Shown here piece by piece: positions 63,724-64,000 of a DNA stretch of 64,000 nucleotides (position 1 is the first letter of the stretch; each line of letters begins with the position of its first letter). A program made the translations under genes and the position numbers. The notes beneath the pieces are model-generated. The model saw only the letters and a list, made by a program, of their open reading frames with translations, had not been told where the DNA came from and did no database searches. The stretch is from a virus (lineage: Duplodnaviria > Caudoviricetes), in the IMG/VR virus record IMGVR_UViG_3300032295_002257, positions 1-64,000 of that record; one strand, given 5' to 3'.

Positions 63724-64000
63724 TATAATAGTTTTTCCAAAATGCTTTCCCAATTAGGATATTCATTCCAAGTTTCAGTTTCATAAGCCCAACCGAATCG
63801 TAACAACTCTCCTCTAAATTCTTCTGCTCCGTTTTTCAATCTATCATCAATTAGATAATCACCCATTAGTAAATCCTTGCGGTGGGTAACGAACATTTTC
63901 TTGTGGAAAAGATTTCCAAAGTGAGTTTCAATCCAATATCTTTTGTCAGTAGCGGAATCAGGGTTTCCCCACGGAGCGGCGGTAGCGATGAACAACTCAT
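63723..64000 (-). CDS. 5'(3')-deoxyribonucleotidase (NT5C/HAD family), C-terminal part
   Basis: FIATAAPWGNP, DKRYWIE, THRKDLLMGDYLIDDR and NGAEEF; the frame continues past the window end. Confidence 0.8.
   Translation of the reverse strand, partial: ELFIATAAPWGNPDSATDKRYWIETHFGNLFHKKMFVTHRKDLLMGDYLIDDRLKNGAEEFRGELLRFGWAYETETWNEYPNWESILEKLL

Noticed and set aside
487-63728. Many 60-170-aa plus-strand ORFs and short alternative-frame minus-strand ORFs in the track (e.g. 4096-4485, 12619-13083, 27518-28015, 48296-48802)
   Set aside because: They lie wholly within longer motif-bearing genes, show the Phe/Leu/Ser/Ile bias of antisense shadows, and lack promoters or motifs.
1-64000. Stop-codon reassignment, as in some large Bacteroidota phages
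   Set aside because: Standard-code ORFs tile the window with tight overlaps, core genes are full length, and TAA, TAG and TGA all end genes.
1-64000. tRNA, rRNA or CRISPR array
   Set aside because: No cloverleaf, rRNA-like tract or regularly spaced repeat-spacer array was seen by eye; GTTCGA-like hits fall inside coding regions. A tRNAscan or CRISPR-finder run would be needed to exclude them formally.

Overview
This window is a dense, strongly AT-rich segment of a large tailed bacteriophage genome with T4-like myovirus architecture, read with the standard genetic code. Almost all genes lie on the minus strand; only two genes (25091-25949) are on the plus strand. It carries head morphogenesis genes (prohead protease, portal, large terminase) surrounded by modular 'xxE-linker' proteins. 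It also has a 2210-aa S74-chaperoned tail fibre flanked by glycosylation genes, a fused Mre11-Rad50, a primase and a baseplate/tail-tip module. An accessory region holds a sigma-like protein, two sulfotransferase-like genes, a degenerate peptide deformylase, ThyA, UvsE, IscA, Hsp20 and a lipoprotein. Seven TTTG-N20-TAnnTTTG-type promoters and a lipoprotein with a Cys-SKEDD signal point to a Bacteroidota host. The best candidates for undescribed biology are: (1) a phage protein O-heptosylation module (HldE-type kinase plus TibC/Aah-type heptosyltransferase) beside the tail fibre; (2) capsid-targeted polyproteins apparently cut into modules by the prohead protease, including an Ntn hydrolase whose catalytic Cys may be unmasked by that cut; (3) a late-promoter motif that is the reverse complement of the T4 TATAAATA box; (4) a ROSE-like thermometer upstream of hsp20. 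All family calls come from motif recognition by eye; no database search was run and novelty is unverified. No tRNA, rRNA, CRISPR array, integrase or transposase was seen.
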